64,000 nt of DNA from Planctomycetota bacterium (GCA_965223505.1 CBDCWP010000010.1:166299-230298), one strand, 5' to 3'; numbered from the stretch's first letter, positions 1 through 10,613 are shown. Notes: a model not told the origin generated them from the letters alone. Numbers and translations are program-made.

Positions 1-1391
1 TCTGCGTTGTCGCCGGCGTCGTTGGTCACCGCGATGCTCGTATTCTTGGTGTCGTTGAACCGGCTGTAGACGTTGACCGCCATCACGCCCAGCAGGACGG
101 CCAAGAGGATCCCGTTGTAGATCGTCTGACGGCGTCGCATGGCGCGCAGATGGCGCGCGCCAGGGCCGTCTTTGTAGTCCTCCACGAAAACGACCTGTTT
201 CGGGGTAAACGTGGGCTCTGCCGCCGGCTCCTCCGACGGCGAGGCGTCGTACGCCTCTCGTAGCGATTCGGGGGTCGGTAGCTGCTCGGCTTCTTTCGGC
301 GCGTTCTCCGCAAGGATGGAGAAGAGGTCGATCGGCTCGAAGCTCTCGTAGCGCCGGGTCTTCCCGCCGGATTTCTCGATCGCCATGAGCCGCCCCGCTC
401 CGTGCATCTGGATCGTGCAGCCGTCACGCTTCCCGTAGGCGATCTCCTTGGTCTCGTTGTTTGGGTTCAGGACGCGCATGAACCAGGCACCTGCGGTGAT
501 GCGCGTCCAGTAGTCATACAGCCAGAACAGCACATAGAAGCCCAAGACGTACGCGCCCAGCACCCGCGGGGCGCCCGCCATCACGACTTCGACGTACTGC
601 ACGCCGAAGATGCGGCAGATCGCGATGAGGATCACCGCCACGGTCACGATCGCGGGCGCGCCGCTGGTGAGCAGACGTCCCACCCCGCCCCGTAGGATGG
701 CGAGACGGTATTTGTAGTGCGAGATCGTCAGTAGCACGATGCCGACGACGAGCCACCAGCCAATGACGGGGCCTCTCGGTCCACAGACCAGGACGCCCAC
801 CGAGACGAACCACAGCAGGAGGATCGGCGTCTGGATCGGCGCCATGAAGACGGCGCGGATCAACGCGCGCCAGTCCCACTCGGTCTTGGTCGGCTGCCGA
901 AAGAGCTCGGTCTCGTCCACGCATTCGTGGAAGTACTCGTGCATCTCATCGTGTGCGACGCGAAACAACAGCCACGCAAGAAGCTGGGACACCAGCATGC
1001 CGATGCCGAGCACGAAGACGGCGAAGTAGCCCATTGTGTGCTCGAACGGCTTGTCGCTGTGTTCGAGCTGGTTGCCGTCCGCCAATCGAAACGTGAGCCA
1101 TGTCATGCCCGCGATCACGGCAAAGTGCATGTAGCGCGCGAGCGTGAACGGGACCTTGTGCGCGAGGGCGGCCGAAAGCACGAGGAGCGCGAACGCCAGT
1201 GCGCACCACAGCGGCAGTCCCGCGCGTGCCGTGAACGGCAGCCACGTTCCGTACGAGGCGAGGAAGACGACCAGTGCGGGGAGGAGCAGTGAGTAGACCG
1301 TGTGACCGCGTAGCCACGGGAAGTCGGTCCGATTCATGAAGAGGTCGAAGCCGCGCAGTCTGTTGTTGATGACGCTTGCAATCCAGCCCAC
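1..1391 (-). CDS. Multi-pass membrane protein, hypothetical; 3' end runs off the window
   Basis: Read manually because it is absent from the ORF track (no stop in window). GTG at 1391 after GGGGGGAG; open frame MGWIASVINNRLRGFDLFMNRTDFPWL... to position 1 with many hydrophobic segments. Confidence 0.75.
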   Translation of the reverse strand, partial: MGWIASVINNRLRGFDLFMNRTDFPWLRGHTVYSLLLPALVVFLASYGTWLPFTARAGLPLWCALAFALLVLSAALAHKVPFTLARYMHFAVIAGMTWLTFRLADGNQLEHSDKPFEHTMGYFAVFVLGIGMLVSQLLAWLLFRVAHDEMHEYFHECVDETELFRQPTKTEWDWRALIRAVFMAPIQTPILLLWFVSVGVLVCGPRGPVIGWWLVVGIVLLTISHYKYRLAILRGGVGRLLTSGAPAIVTVAVILIAICRIFGVQYVEVVMAGAPRVLGAYVLGFYVLFWLYDYWTRITAGAWFMRVLNPNNETKEIAYGKRDGCTIQMHGAGRLMAIEKSGGKTRRYESFEPIDLFSILAENAPKEAEQLPTPESLREAYDASPSEEPAAEPTFTPKQVVFVEDYKDGPGARHLRAMRRRQTIYNGILLAVLLGVMAVNVYSRFNDTKNTSIAVTNDAGDNA

Positions 1392-1450
1392 GCGGCTCCC
1401 CCCAATCGATCAATCGTCGGAGCGTACCCGGTGGAGCGAGACGGGCGCAA

Positions 1451-2428
1451 CTACCAGGCGTACGCCTCGGGGGCCGCACCGCCGGGGCCCGGGAAGATCT
1501 CGTCGAGCCGGTTCAGCTGCGCGGCGTCGAGCTCGATCTCGAGCGCGCGCAGGGACCCGTCGAGCTGCGCCACCGTCCGCGGTCCGAGGATCGGCGCGGT
1601 GACCGCCGGGTTGGACAGCACCCACGCGAGCGCAATGTCCGCGGGCTGCTCCCCGGCGTCGTCGCAGAAGGCCTCCCACTGCTCGATCTTGGGCCGCTCC
1701 TTCTCGAGGCGTTCTTGCAGGAGCTCGCGCGCGCGGCGCGTGCCCTCGGCCGCCTCCTTCTTCAAGACGCCGGCGAGGAGGCCGCCGCCGAGCGGGCTCC
1801 AGGGCAACAGACCGAGACCGTACTGCTCGCACGCGGGAATCACCTCGAGCTCGATCGTGCGCGCGTTGAGGTGATAGAGACTCTGCTCCGAGACGAGCCC
1901 CAGGAAGCTGCGCGCCCTGGCGGACTCGTTGGCTTGGACGAGGTGCCAGCCGGCGAAGTTCGAGGAGCCGACGTACAGCACCTTGCCCTGCTGCACGAGG
2001 ACCTCCATGGCCTGCCAGATCTCGTCCCACGGGGCTGCGCGCCAGACGTGATGCATCTGATAGAGGTCGATGTAGTCGGTCTGTAGCCGCGTCAGGCTGG
2101 CGTCGCAGGCGCGGCGGATGTTGAGCGCGGAGAGCTTGCCCTCGTTGGGCCAGTCGCCCATGTCGCCGTAGAGCTTCGTTGCGAGCACGGTCTTCTCGCG
2201 CCGGTCGCCGCCCTGGGCGAACCAGTTGCCGATGATCGTCTCGGTGGCGCCCTTGCCGGCCGTTCCGCCGTAGACGTTGGCCGTGTCGAAGAAGTTGATG
2301 CCGAGCTCGTGCGCTCTATCCATCATCGCGAAGCTCTCGTCCTGCGTCGCGATGGGGCCGAAGTTCATGGTGCCCAGACAGAGGCGACTGACCGAGAGGG
2401 CGGTGCGGCCGAGCGTCGTGTACTCCAT
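1451..2428 (-). CDS. Aldo/keto reductase
   Basis: MEYTTLGRTALSVSRLCLGTMNFG, FFDTANVYG, VLATK, SLTRLQTDYIDLYQMH, PWSPLGGGLL. Confidence 0.95.
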   Translation of the reverse strand: MEYTTLGRTALSVSRLCLGTMNFGPIATQDESFAMMDRAHELGINFFDTANVYGGTAGKGATETIIGNWFAQGGDRREKTVLATKLYGDMGDWPNEGKLSALNIRRACDASLTRLQTDYIDLYQMHHVWRAAPWDEIWQAMEVLVQQGKVLYVGSSNFAGWHLVQANESARARSFLGLVSEQSLYHLNARTIELEVIPACEQYGLGLLPWSPLGGGLLAGVLKKEAAEGTRRARELLQERLEKERPKIEQWEAFCDDAGEQPADIALAWVLSNPAVTAPILGPRTVAQLDGSLRALEIELDAAQLNRLDEIFPGPGGAAPEAYAW

Positions 2429-2467
2429 GGCGTTCTCCGTCGACGGGCGCGGTAGGGTACCCGAAGC

Positions 2468-3169
2468 ATGGTCATCGCGATCGACTTCGACGTGTACGAG
2501 TTCGCCTGCGACGGCGCGCGGTGGGGCGTTCCCCACGCGTGGAACGTGCTGTCGAACGTGCCGTTCCTGTTCGTCGGCTTGTGGGGCCTGGTCACGATGG
2601 CGCGCGGCGGCGCCTTGTCGGACGGCCGGTTCCGCAACTGGACCGGTCTCTGGATCTCGACGGCCCTGCTTTGTTTCGGGTCCGGCGTCTATCACTGGGT
2701 GCCGGAGCCCTGGTCGCTGGCGCTCGATCGAGCGTGCATCGGGGGCATCATCGCGTTCATCGGCGCGCACGCCGTCACGACGTGTCTGCAGGTGCCGTCG
2801 ACGCGCGAGCTGTCTCTCGCCCTGCTGATCGTCTGCGAGCTGTCCGTGGGGGCGTGGTACCTGGGAATCGACGGCGGCTGGATGTACGCGACGCTGCAGG
2901 CCGGGGGGGGCGTGGGGGTGTTGCTGTTGTACGCGGTCGCGTGGCGCAAGGGCCGGCTGCGAACGTCACCGGCGCCGGTCTTCCTGTTCTCGGCCTGCTA
3001 CGCCTTGGCGAAGATCGTGGAGGTGGGCGACCAGGTCGTCTGCGACTGGACGGGCGTGATCGGCGGCCACCCCTTCAAGCACCTGCTCGCCGCTCTGGGG
3101 CTGATCTTCCTGGGCGGCATGATGAAAGCGGAGATGGAACAGCATGGGCAATCCGTGGACGCAGGCTGA
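2468..3169 (+). CDS. Alkaline ceramidase-like (CREST family) membrane hydrolase
   Basis: NVLSNVPF, GSGVYHW, LALDR and GHPFKHLLAA motifs; about 7 TM segments. Confidence 0.7.
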   Translation: MVIAIDFDVYEFACDGARWGVPHAWNVLSNVPFLFVGLWGLVTMARGGALSDGRFRNWTGLWISTALLCFGSGVYHWVPEPWSLALDRACIGGIIAFIGAHAVTTCLQVPSTRELSLALLIVCELSVGAWYLGIDGGWMYATLQAGGGVGVLLLYAVAWRKGRLRTSPAPVFLFSACYALAKIVEVGDQVVCDWTGVIGGHPFKHLLAALGLIFLGGMMKAEMEQHGQSVDAG

Positions 3170-3839
3170 GCACGCGCGGCATTGGTTGTCGGGGCCGCGG
3201 CCCGGCAACCCGTACTCGGACGAGCAATGGGGCGTCGTGTTGGCGCTCTGCGAGGCGCAGCGTCCGCGGCGGATCCTCGATCTGGGTTGCGGTCCCGGCG
3301 ACTTCGACCGGCGCCTGCTCGATCGCGCGCCGGAAGCGTCGCTCGTCTGCCTGGACGCGTCGGAGACGATGCTCGAGCGCGCGCGTCACCGGCTTCGCGA
3401 CGACGAATCGCGCGTTGCGTTCGTACGGGCCGAGGTCGAAGACGACTGGACGGGACAGACGGGCGCCGATTTCGACGCGATCCTCGCGCTCAATGTGGTT
3501 CACCATCTCGACGGCCCGGCCAAACGCAGTGTGTTCGCGCGCTGTCGTGACGGGTTGCGGCCCGGGGGACTGCTCGTGCTGAGCGATCGGGTGACCGTGG
3601 ACGAGCGCTGGTTCGGACACTACAAGGCGCTGTGGAACCGCGCGCGGCGAACGCACGACTACGAGCCGCTCCCGGCCGACTACGGCCACGACGACCACCT
3701 CGAGCAGAACGAGCGGGCCGGCGACGTGCCGGACCGATTGCGGGATCAGCTCGAGTGGATGTCGAACGCGGGGTTCGACCCGGTCACGTGTTTCTGGCGG
3801 CACGCGAATCGCGCCGTGTTCGGTGGGTTGCGCGGGTAG
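3144..3839 (+). CDS. Class I SAM-dependent methyltransferase
   Basis: ILDLGCGPG, LDASETML, VVHHL, LRPGGLLVLSD. Confidence 0.9.
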   Translation: MGNPWTQAEHARHWLSGPRPGNPYSDEQWGVVLALCEAQRPRRILDLGCGPGDFDRRLLDRAPEASLVCLDASETMLERARHRLRDDESRVAFVRAEVEDDWTGQTGADFDAILALNVVHHLDGPAKRSVFARCRDGLRPGGLLVLSDRVTVDERWFGHYKALWNRARRTHDYEPLPADYGHDDHLEQNERAGDVPDRLRDQLEWMSNAGFDPVTCFWRHANRAVFGGLRG

Positions 3840-3911
3840 GTAGGGGCAGCCCTTGTGGCTGCCCAACAGCCGTACGCGTCCGAATTGGGCGACCACGAGG
3901 GTCGTCCCCCC

Positions 3912-5339
3912 TCAGCGCGCGAGATGCTCGGCCAGCACCTGCGCGACACAACACGTCACGGCCTTGCCCGTCGGGATGTGCAGGAACTCGTTGGGACCGT
4001 GTGCGTTCGAGCCCGGTCCCAAGACGCCCGTGATCAAGAACTGCGCCTTCGGGAACTTCTCGCCCAGCATGCCCATGAACGGAATCGTCCCGCCTTCACC
4101 CATCAGCACCGCCGGCTTGCCGAAGTACGCCTCCGACGCCTTCGTGACCGCCGATTCGAGCCACGGCTCCAGCGGCGGCGAGTTCCAACCGCTGCCCGGC
4201 ATGTGGACGTCGAACGAAACGGTCGCGCCGTAGGGCGGGTCGGCCTCGAGTCGTTCCTTGATCCGCTGCGCGGCCTGCTCGGCGTCCATGGTCGGCGGGA
4301 CGCGGACGGAGAGCTTCAGCGCGGTGTGGGGGCGCAGCACGTTGCCCCCGTCTTCGATGGCCGGCAAACCGCCGGCTCCGGTCACCTCGAGGGAAGGCCG
4401 CCAGGTCCGGTTCAGGACGAGATCACGTAGGGTCGTCTCGCCCGGTCCCGCTCGTTCCGCGAACGGGAACGTGTCGCGGAGTTCCCGTCCCAACACCTCC
4501 CCCGCCAGCTTGGCCTGGGTCATACGGTCCGGCGGGACGTCCACGTGGAAGTCCGCCATGACGCCGGTGCTCTCGTCCTCGATCCGGGAGAGCAGTCGGC
4601 GGGCGATGCGGAAGCTCGACGGCACCACGCCGCCCGCGTTTCCGGAGTGGACGCCCTCGCGCAGGATGTCCACCCGTAACGTGCCGACGACGATGCCGCG
4701 CAGCGACGTGGTGAGCCAGAGCTGTTCGTAGTTGCCGCAGCCCGAGTCGAGACAGATGACGAGGCTGGGATCGCCGATGCGCTCCTCCAGCGCCTCGATG
4801 TACGCCGGCAGGTCGTAGCTACCGCTCTCTTCGCAGGCTTCGATCAGCACGACGCAGCGCGCGTGTCGGCCGCCGGCCTTGCGCAGCGCCTCGATGGCGG
4901 CGAGCGACGCGAACGCCGCGTAGCCGTCATCCGCACCGCCGCGGCCGTACAGCTTGTCGCCCTCCAGGACGGGCGTCCACGGCCCGAGGCCATCGCGCCA
5001 GCCGGTCATCTCCGGCTGCTTGTCGAGATGCCCGTACAGGAGCACGGTGTCGTCGGTCTCGCCCGGGATCTCCATGTAGATGAGCGGCGTACGTCCCTCG
5101 AGACGCACGACCTCGAGCTGCAGTCCTTCGATCGGCCGCTCGCGGCACCAGGCGGCAATGAGCTCGACGGCCTCGTCCATGTGGCCGTGCTCGGCCCAGT
5201 CGGCGTCGAACAGCGGGGACTTGCACGGAATGCGGATGTACGTCGTCAGCTGCGGGACGATCTCCGCGTCCCAGGTCTTCGCGACGAACGAGGTCAAGAC
5301 GTCCTGATCGAGGGACGGCGTGGCTTCGGCGGTGCTCAT
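3912..5339 (-). CDS. M20 family metallopeptidase
   Basis: YGHLDKQP, LYGRGGADDG, EACEESGS, NAHGPNE. Confidence 0.95.
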   Translation of the reverse strand: MSTAEATPSLDQDVLTSFVAKTWDAEIVPQLTTYIRIPCKSPLFDADWAEHGHMDEAVELIAAWCRERPIEGLQLEVVRLEGRTPLIYMEIPGETDDTVLLYGHLDKQPEMTGWRDGLGPWTPVLEGDKLYGRGGADDGYAAFASLAAIEALRKAGGRHARCVVLIEACEESGSYDLPAYIEALEERIGDPSLVICLDSGCGNYEQLWLTTSLRGIVVGTLRVDILREGVHSGNAGGVVPSSFRIARRLLSRIEDESTGVMADFHVDVPPDRMTQAKLAGEVLGRELRDTFPFAERAGPGETTLRDLVLNRTWRPSLEVTGAGGLPAIEDGGNVLRPHTALKLSVRVPPTMDAEQAAQRIKERLEADPPYGATVSFDVHMPGSGWNSPPLEPWLESAVTKASEAYFGKPAVLMGEGGTIPFMGMLGEKFPKAQFLITGVLGPGSNAHGPNEFLHIPTGKAVTCCVAQVLAEHLAR

Positions 5340-5361
5340 GCCGCGAATGATAGAGGCGCGC

Positions 5362-6627
5362 CTACCGCACGGGAATCCTGGCGGCGACGAGCCGCCCCGG
5401 ATCGCCGGTGCGGCGGAACTCCTCGAGCATCAGCTTCACGTCGCCCTCGAGGTCCTTCACCACCTTGCCCCGCACGATGAACTGCTTCCCCGCGAGCACG
5501 TCCTCGGGCGAGACGAGATACGCGACCTTGTGGTTCTTGGCGCCGGTGGCGGTGAGCGTGCCGTCCTCGGCGAGCTCGCACTTGACCCGGAAGTCGCGCG
5601 AGACGTCCTGCGGCGCCTCGATGTGGAAGCGGCCCTCGTACCCCTGCTGCACGTGACGAAGGTGGCGATCGACGGACACGGGAATCGTGCGCCGCTGCTC
5701 GCACGCCCAGGTCAGGACGTTCTGCAGGCGCAGATGATGCGGACCGGGATGCCGTTTCGGGAACGGGTTGCCGCCGTAGTCGGCGTCGGTGTACGTGATG
5801 AGCTCCGGGTCTGCGCCGGCCTGTTTCAACCGGTCGACCATGCCCTTGGCGTGCTCGTAGGGCGTGATTTCGTCACCCTCGCTGTGCAGCACCCTGATCT
5901 TCAGATTCGTCAGGTTCGGCGCATGGCGGTAGATCAGGGCCGGCATCACAGTGCCGCCCGCCGACTCCGGGATGATGGCCGCGAATTGGTCGGGGAACGA
6001 GATCGCGTAGTACCAGGTGTAGAAGCCTGCTTGCGAGAGGCCGGTCATGGCGAAGCGGTCGTGATCGACCGCGTAGTTCAAGCGCAGGTGTGTGAGCGCG
6101 TCGAGCATGACCTGGGCCAGCGCCTGGTCGCGGCGCAGGAACTGCTGCTCCTTGAAGCGCTTCTTGTCGTTCTGGTGCTTGACGATCACCGGACGGAAGA
6201 GAATGTACTTGTCGCCCCACTTGCCCGCCCAGAAGGAGATGCCGGCCTCCGCGTCGACCGCGCCGTGATCCGGCAACACGAGGACGGGAAAGCGCGTCTT
6301 GTTGTCGTAGCCCTTGGGCAGGTAGATCGAGTAGACCCAGTTCTTTCCCAGGCTTTCGAACTCGACGCCGTGCGTCGTCGTCTCGGCCTTGCCCTTGGTC
6401 AGCGGCTTCATCGTGCGCAGGGCCTCGGCGGCGACGGCGACGTCGTCCTTGATGGCTTTGAGCGCCTTCTTGAGCGCCGACTTCTGCTTCTTGGGCTTGG
6501 CCGCGAGGTAGTCGGCCACGGCTTTGCGAACCGCGGCAGGCACCTTGACCTCGTCCGCGGCAACGCGCCGGTCGGGCGCCACCCAGAGCAGCGCCAGCAA
6601 CGCCGTGAACATCACACCTGTCCGCAT
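5362..6627 (-). CDS. Secreted alpha/beta-hydrolase (esterase/peptidase-like)
   Basis: Signal peptide; VDHDRFAMTGLSQAG nucleophile elbow; PDQFAAIIP; VLHSEGDEI. Confidence 0.75.
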   Translation of the reverse strand: MRTGVMFTALLALLWVAPDRRVAADEVKVPAAVRKAVADYLAAKPKKQKSALKKALKAIKDDVAVAAEALRTMKPLTKGKAETTTHGVEFESLGKNWVYSIYLPKGYDNKTRFPVLVLPDHGAVDAEAGISFWAGKWGDKYILFRPVIVKHQNDKKRFKEQQFLRRDQALAQVMLDALTHLRLNYAVDHDRFAMTGLSQAGFYTWYYAISFPDQFAAIIPESAGGTVMPALIYRHAPNLTNLKIRVLHSEGDEITPYEHAKGMVDRLKQAGADPELITYTDADYGGNPFPKRHPGPHHLRLQNVLTWACEQRRTIPVSVDRHLRHVQQGYEGRFHIEAPQDVSRDFRVKCELAEDGTLTATGAKNHKVAYLVSPEDVLAGKQFIVRGKVVKDLEGDVKLMLEEFRRTGDPGRLVAARIPVR

Positions 6628-6767
6628 CGATCCTCCTCCCGGCCGGGCCCTCAGCATAGCCGTTCGAACGCGTCCCGGGGGCGAGCGGCGACTCGCCGGA
6701 AACGGTGACGGCGACCGCCCGGCCGGTACCTTGTCGGGTTCCAGAACGGTTTTCGGAGGACCGCGCC

Positions 6768-8708
6768 ATGACCGCTCAAGCCGAGACCCGCCGCTTCGAG
6801 GCGGAGGCCCAGGAGCTGCTGGGTCTGATGATCCACTCGCTCTACACGCAGAAGGACATCTTCCTGCGGGAGCTGATCTCCAACGCCAGCGACGCGCTCG
6901 ACAAGCTCCGGCACGCCGCGTTGACGGACGGCTCGTTGCTCGCCGAGGACGAAACGCTCGCGATCCGGCTCGAGGCGGACAAGGACGCCGGGACGCTGTC
7001 GATCATCGACAACGGCATCGGCATGACCCGCGACGAGATGGTCGAGAACCTCGGCACGATCGCGCGTTCGGGCACGCGCCGCTTCCTCGAAGAGCTGAAG
7101 GCGGCGAACGCGGAGCAGGCGCCCGAGCTGATCGGTCAGTTCGGCGTCGGTTTCTACTCGAGCTTCATGGTCGCCGACGAGGTCGTCGTCGAGTCCCGCA
7201 AGGCAGGCGCGGCGCAGGGCGCGCGGTGGTCGTCGCGGGCCGACGGCGAGTACACGCTGGAGGACGCCGACGTCGCGGAGCGGGGGACGCGCATCACGCT
7301 GCACCTGAAGCCGCTCGACAAGAAGGACAAGGACGCGCAGAACTTCCTCGAAGAGTGGACGCTGCGATCGATCGTGAAGCAGTACTCGGACTTCGTCGAG
7401 TACCCGATCCAGATGGACGTCGAGCGGGACGAGCCCGTGCTCGACGACGAAGGCAAGCCGAAGCCCGGCAAGACGACGAAGGTCGTCAAGACCGAGACGC
7501 TCAACTCCATGAAGCCCCTCTGGCTGCGCGACAAGCAGTCGATCAAGAACGAGGAGCACGCCGACTTCTACCGGCACATCACGCACGACTGGAACGAGCC
7601 GTACGCCAAGATCCACTTCACGGCCGAGAGTCCGGTCGAGTACACGGCGCTGCTCTATCTGCCGAAGCAGCGGCCCATGGAGTGGATGGAGGGACCGACT
7701 CGCGAGAGCCGGCTCTCGCTCTACGCGCGGCGCGTGCTGATCATGCCCGAGTGCGAGGATCTGCTGCCGCCGTGGCTTCGTTTCGTGCGCGGCGTCGTGG
7801 ACTGCTCGGACCTGCCGCTCAACGTCTCCAGGCAGACGCTGCAGGCGAACCCGGTCACCGCGAAGATGCGCAAGCACCTCGTCAGCAAGCTCCTGCGCAC
7901 GTTCGGCGAGAAGCTCAAGAAGGACCGCGAGGGCTACGGGGCGTTCTTCGGCGCATTCGGACCCATCCTGAAAGAGGGCATCTATCAGGGCGACGACGAC
8001 AAGAACCGCATCAGCAAGGTGTGCTTGTTCGCGAGCACGCACGGCGACGAGCTGACGACGCTCAGTGAGTACGTCGAGCGCATGGCGGACGACCAGGACG
8101 CGATCTACTACATCACCGGCCTCGACAAGGAGACGTTGGCGAAGTCGCCGCACCTCGAGGCGTACAGGGCGAAAGGTCACGAGGTGCTCGTCCTGTCGGA
8201 TCCGGTCGACGAGTGGATGCTGCAGAAGCTGCCGACGTTCGAGGAGAAGCCGCTCAAGGCGATTCACAAGGGTGACGCAGGTCTGGAGACCGAGGACGAC
8301 AAGAAGGCGCGCGAGAAGAAGCAGGAAGAGAGCAAGGACCTGCTCGAGGCGATGCAGAAGCAGCTCGACGAGTGGGTGGGGGAGGTGCGCTTCTCGAGCC
8401 GTCTCACCGACAGCCCTGCGGTGCTGGTCTCGCCCGAGGGCTCGATGGGGCCGGCCATGGAGCGCGTCATGCGGGAGATGGACAAGAACCTCCCCGGCAT
8501 GCGCCGCATCCTGGAGCTCAACCCGGATCACGCGCTCGTCGCGCGGCTCGAGGCGTGGCACGACGAAGAGCCCGAGGGCGAGCGCTTCGTCGACTACACC
8601 GACCTGCTCCACGGCCAGGCGCTGGTGCGGGAAGGGGAGCAGCCCCCGGACCCCGCTCGGTTTGCGTCGCTGGTGACCGCGCTCATGCTGCAGGCCGCCG
8701 AGTCGTAG
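6768..8708 (+). CDS. htpG: Chaperone HtpG (Hsp90)
   Basis: FLRELISNASDALDK, DNGIGMT, IGQFGVGFYSSF, DLPLNVSR, ILELNPDH. Confidence 0.98.
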   Translation: MTAQAETRRFEAEAQELLGLMIHSLYTQKDIFLRELISNASDALDKLRHAALTDGSLLAEDETLAIRLEADKDAGTLSIIDNGIGMTRDEMVENLGTIARSGTRRFLEELKAANAEQAPELIGQFGVGFYSSFMVADEVVVESRKAGAAQGARWSSRADGEYTLEDADVAERGTRITLHLKPLDKKDKDAQNFLEEWTLRSIVKQYSDFVEYPIQMDVERDEPVLDDEGKPKPGKTTKVVKTETLNSMKPLWLRDKQSIKNEEHADFYRHITHDWNEPYAKIHFTAESPVEYTALLYLPKQRPMEWMEGPTRESRLSLYARRVLIMPECEDLLPPWLRFVRGVVDCSDLPLNVSRQTLQANPVTAKMRKHLVSKLLRTFGEKLKKDREGYGAFFGAFGPILKEGIYQGDDDKNRISKVCLFASTHGDELTTLSEYVERMADDQDAIYYITGLDKETLAKSPHLEAYRAKGHEVLVLSDPVDEWMLQKLPTFEEKPLKAIHKGDAGLETEDDKKAREKKQEESKDLLEAMQKQLDEWVGEVRFSSRLTDSPAVLVSPEGSMGPAMERVMREMDKNLPGMRRILELNPDHALVARLEAWHDEEPEGERFVDYTDLLHGQALVREGEQPPDPARFASLVTALMLQAAES

Positions 8709-8725
8709 CGGGGCGTCCCGGCGTC

Positions 8726-9028
8726 CTAGGCGTCCACGTCCCTGGCGATCTGCTCGAGGCGCGCCACGTGTGCCAGGAAGGCCTTGCGGCCCTTGGCCGT
8801 CAGATTGCAGGTCGTCAGCGGCTTCCGGTCGACGAACGACTTCGTCACGGCGACGTAGCCGGCGTCCTCGAGCTTGCGTAGATGCACGCCCAGGTTGCCC
8901 TGCGTCATGCCGAGCAGCGTCTTCAGGTCCGAGAACGTCGCCTTCGGGCGCGTCACCAGCACCGTCACGATGCCCAGGCGCGCCTGGGACAGCAGCATGA
9001 CGTCGAAGTCGTTGTGGCGCTGGGTCAC
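8726..9028 (-). CDS. Winged-helix transcriptional regulator (HTH_34-like)
   Basis: RLGIVTVL...ATFSDLK...MTQGNLGVHLRKLEDAGYV...LTAKGRKAF; GTG start overlaps the upstream stop. Confidence 0.85.
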   Translation of the reverse strand: MTQRHNDFDVMLLSQARLGIVTVLVTRPKATFSDLKTLLGMTQGNLGVHLRKLEDAGYVAVTKSFVDRKPLTTCNLTAKGRKAFLAHVARLEQIARDVDA

Positions 9029-9654
9029 TCGGCTCCCTGTGCGACTTCCCTGCGCATCGCACGCACCCGGCGTTCGGCCCGCAGTCCGGGCACCAGCAGC
9101 CCGAGCCCCATGAACGGCCCGAGGATGTAGCCGTTTTGGACCGGGAAGATCATGGCGAGAACGACGCCGACGAAGATGAACAGCCCGAAGCCGATGAACT
9201 CCTTGCGGTAGACGACGCCGATCATCGTGGCCATCACGGCGTACACCCAGCCCCAGACGACGGGGGCGTTCTTGCCGTCGATGAAGCCGATCGCGGGGCC
9301 GGTGGACGACAGCACGATGCCCGCGCCCACGCACAGCCATGCGATGGTGCCGATCTGATTGGAGATGACGGTGTTCTCGCCGGGCAGGCGCGGCTTCTTG
9401 CGCAGTCGCGCCTCGCCCCAGAACGTCAGCGTCATGCCGAGCACGAACGAGATCACGCCCGTCCAGATCATGCCCGCGGTGTTGCCTTGCGCATCGAACC
9501 AGTGGGCGAGGGGGTACCAGATCAAGACGATGGCGCCCCAGTGGACGAAGTGAAACGCGTGCGGATCGATGTGCAAGTCGGTCTTGCGGACCAGCTCCCG
9601 GATGAAGTCGAGGTCCTTGATCGCGCTGTGGCGGTCCATCGCGGCCTCCATCAC
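9025..9654 (-). CDS. Hypothetical integral membrane protein
   Basis: About 6 TM helices; translationally coupled to the flanking genes. Confidence 0.8.
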   Translation of the reverse strand: MMEAAMDRHSAIKDLDFIRELVRKTDLHIDPHAFHFVHWGAIVLIWYPLAHWFDAQGNTAGMIWTGVISFVLGMTLTFWGEARLRKKPRLPGENTVISNQIGTIAWLCVGAGIVLSSTGPAIGFIDGKNAPVVWGWVYAVMATMIGVVYRKEFIGFGLFIFVGVVLAMIFPVQNGYILGPFMGLGLLVPGLRAERRVRAMRREVAQGAE

Positions 9655-10511
9655 TCACCCAGCCCTTCGAGCTCCTTGCGAAGCGACGTGCTCTCGGGAT
9701 GGCGCGCGATCGCCGACTCCAGCGCCGCCTTCGCCTTGTCGCGCTTGCCTTGCTTCACGTAGAGACGCGAAAGCTGCAGATACGTCTGCACGTGCTTCTC
9801 CTCGGGCGCGTTGCGTTCCTGGACCTCGCGCACCTTCTCGAACTCGCGAATGGCGTCGGGACCCTTGCCGAGGAAGTCCGGGTAGTTCGCATAGCTCATC
9901 CCGATCGAGAAGCGGGCGTCCCAGTGGTTCTCGTCGCGCTCGAGCACTTCCTTCCACTGCTTTTCGGCCCTCATCGCCCAGTCGCCCTTCTCGGGACCGT
10001 CGGGCACGGTGAACAGCTTCAAGATGTAGCCGTTGGCGAGCTCCATTCGGGCGTCGATGTTCTCGGGATCGGCCTCGACCTTCTTCTCCATGCCGCCGAG
10101 CATGGCTTCGAGCGTCTTGCCGTCCTTGACGAGCGCCCAATACTCCTTCTGCTCCTCGTCGCTCAGCTTGCGTTCCCAGTACTTGGGGGCGAGCTCCGCG
10201 AGGCGGGCGATCCGCTTCTCCGCCGTGTCCGGCGTCTCCGCATCGGGGGCGGGCGTGTTCGCCGCCGTTCGCGCGGGCGGCGGCGCGACCGGTTCCGACG
10301 CGGGGCCCGGCGCGTCCGGCCGGCCCTCGAGCTGGGCGCGCTCGCGTTCCTGCATCTGCTGCGTCAGTCGTTCGATGGAGGCCTCGATGCGCTCGAGGCG
10401 CGCTTCGTCGAGCGCGCTGTCGTCGGCGGGGGACTCGTTGAGGATGGATACGACACCGACCGCCAATGCGCCGAGGGCGACCACCATCGCGGGAATGCTC
10501 ATGTTGTTCAT
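9651..10511 (-). CDS. Membrane-anchored TPR-repeat protein
   Basis: N-terminal TM, coiled coil and Pro-rich linker, TPR-like helices (DPENIDARMELA, YLQLSRLYVKQGKRDKAKAALE). Confidence 0.75.
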   Translation of the reverse strand: MNNMSIPAMVVALGALAVGVVSILNESPADDSALDEARLERIEASIERLTQQMQERERAQLEGRPDAPGPASEPVAPPPARTAANTPAPDAETPDTAEKRIARLAELAPKYWERKLSDEEQKEYWALVKDGKTLEAMLGGMEKKVEADPENIDARMELANGYILKLFTVPDGPEKGDWAMRAEKQWKEVLERDENHWDARFSIGMSYANYPDFLGKGPDAIREFEKVREVQERNAPEEKHVQTYLQLSRLYVKQGKRDKAKAALESAIARHPESTSLRKELEGLGE

Positions 10512-10613
10512 CGGACGTCTCCGGCCCCTGTGTGGGGCTGTCACTCTATGTGGTCTGAAAAATAGACTAGTTTGTGGAGATGTCAACTCTGCGCCGCGAG
10601 AAATTCGGCGGGG

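Noticed and set aside
6651..9062. Long antisense or alternate-frame ORFs (e.g. 6651-9062, 13458-15611, 29199-31703 upstream part, 41166-44096, 47770-50202)
   Set aside because: Shadow ORFs opposite well-supported genes, expected at high GC; Arg/Ala-rich with no motifs.
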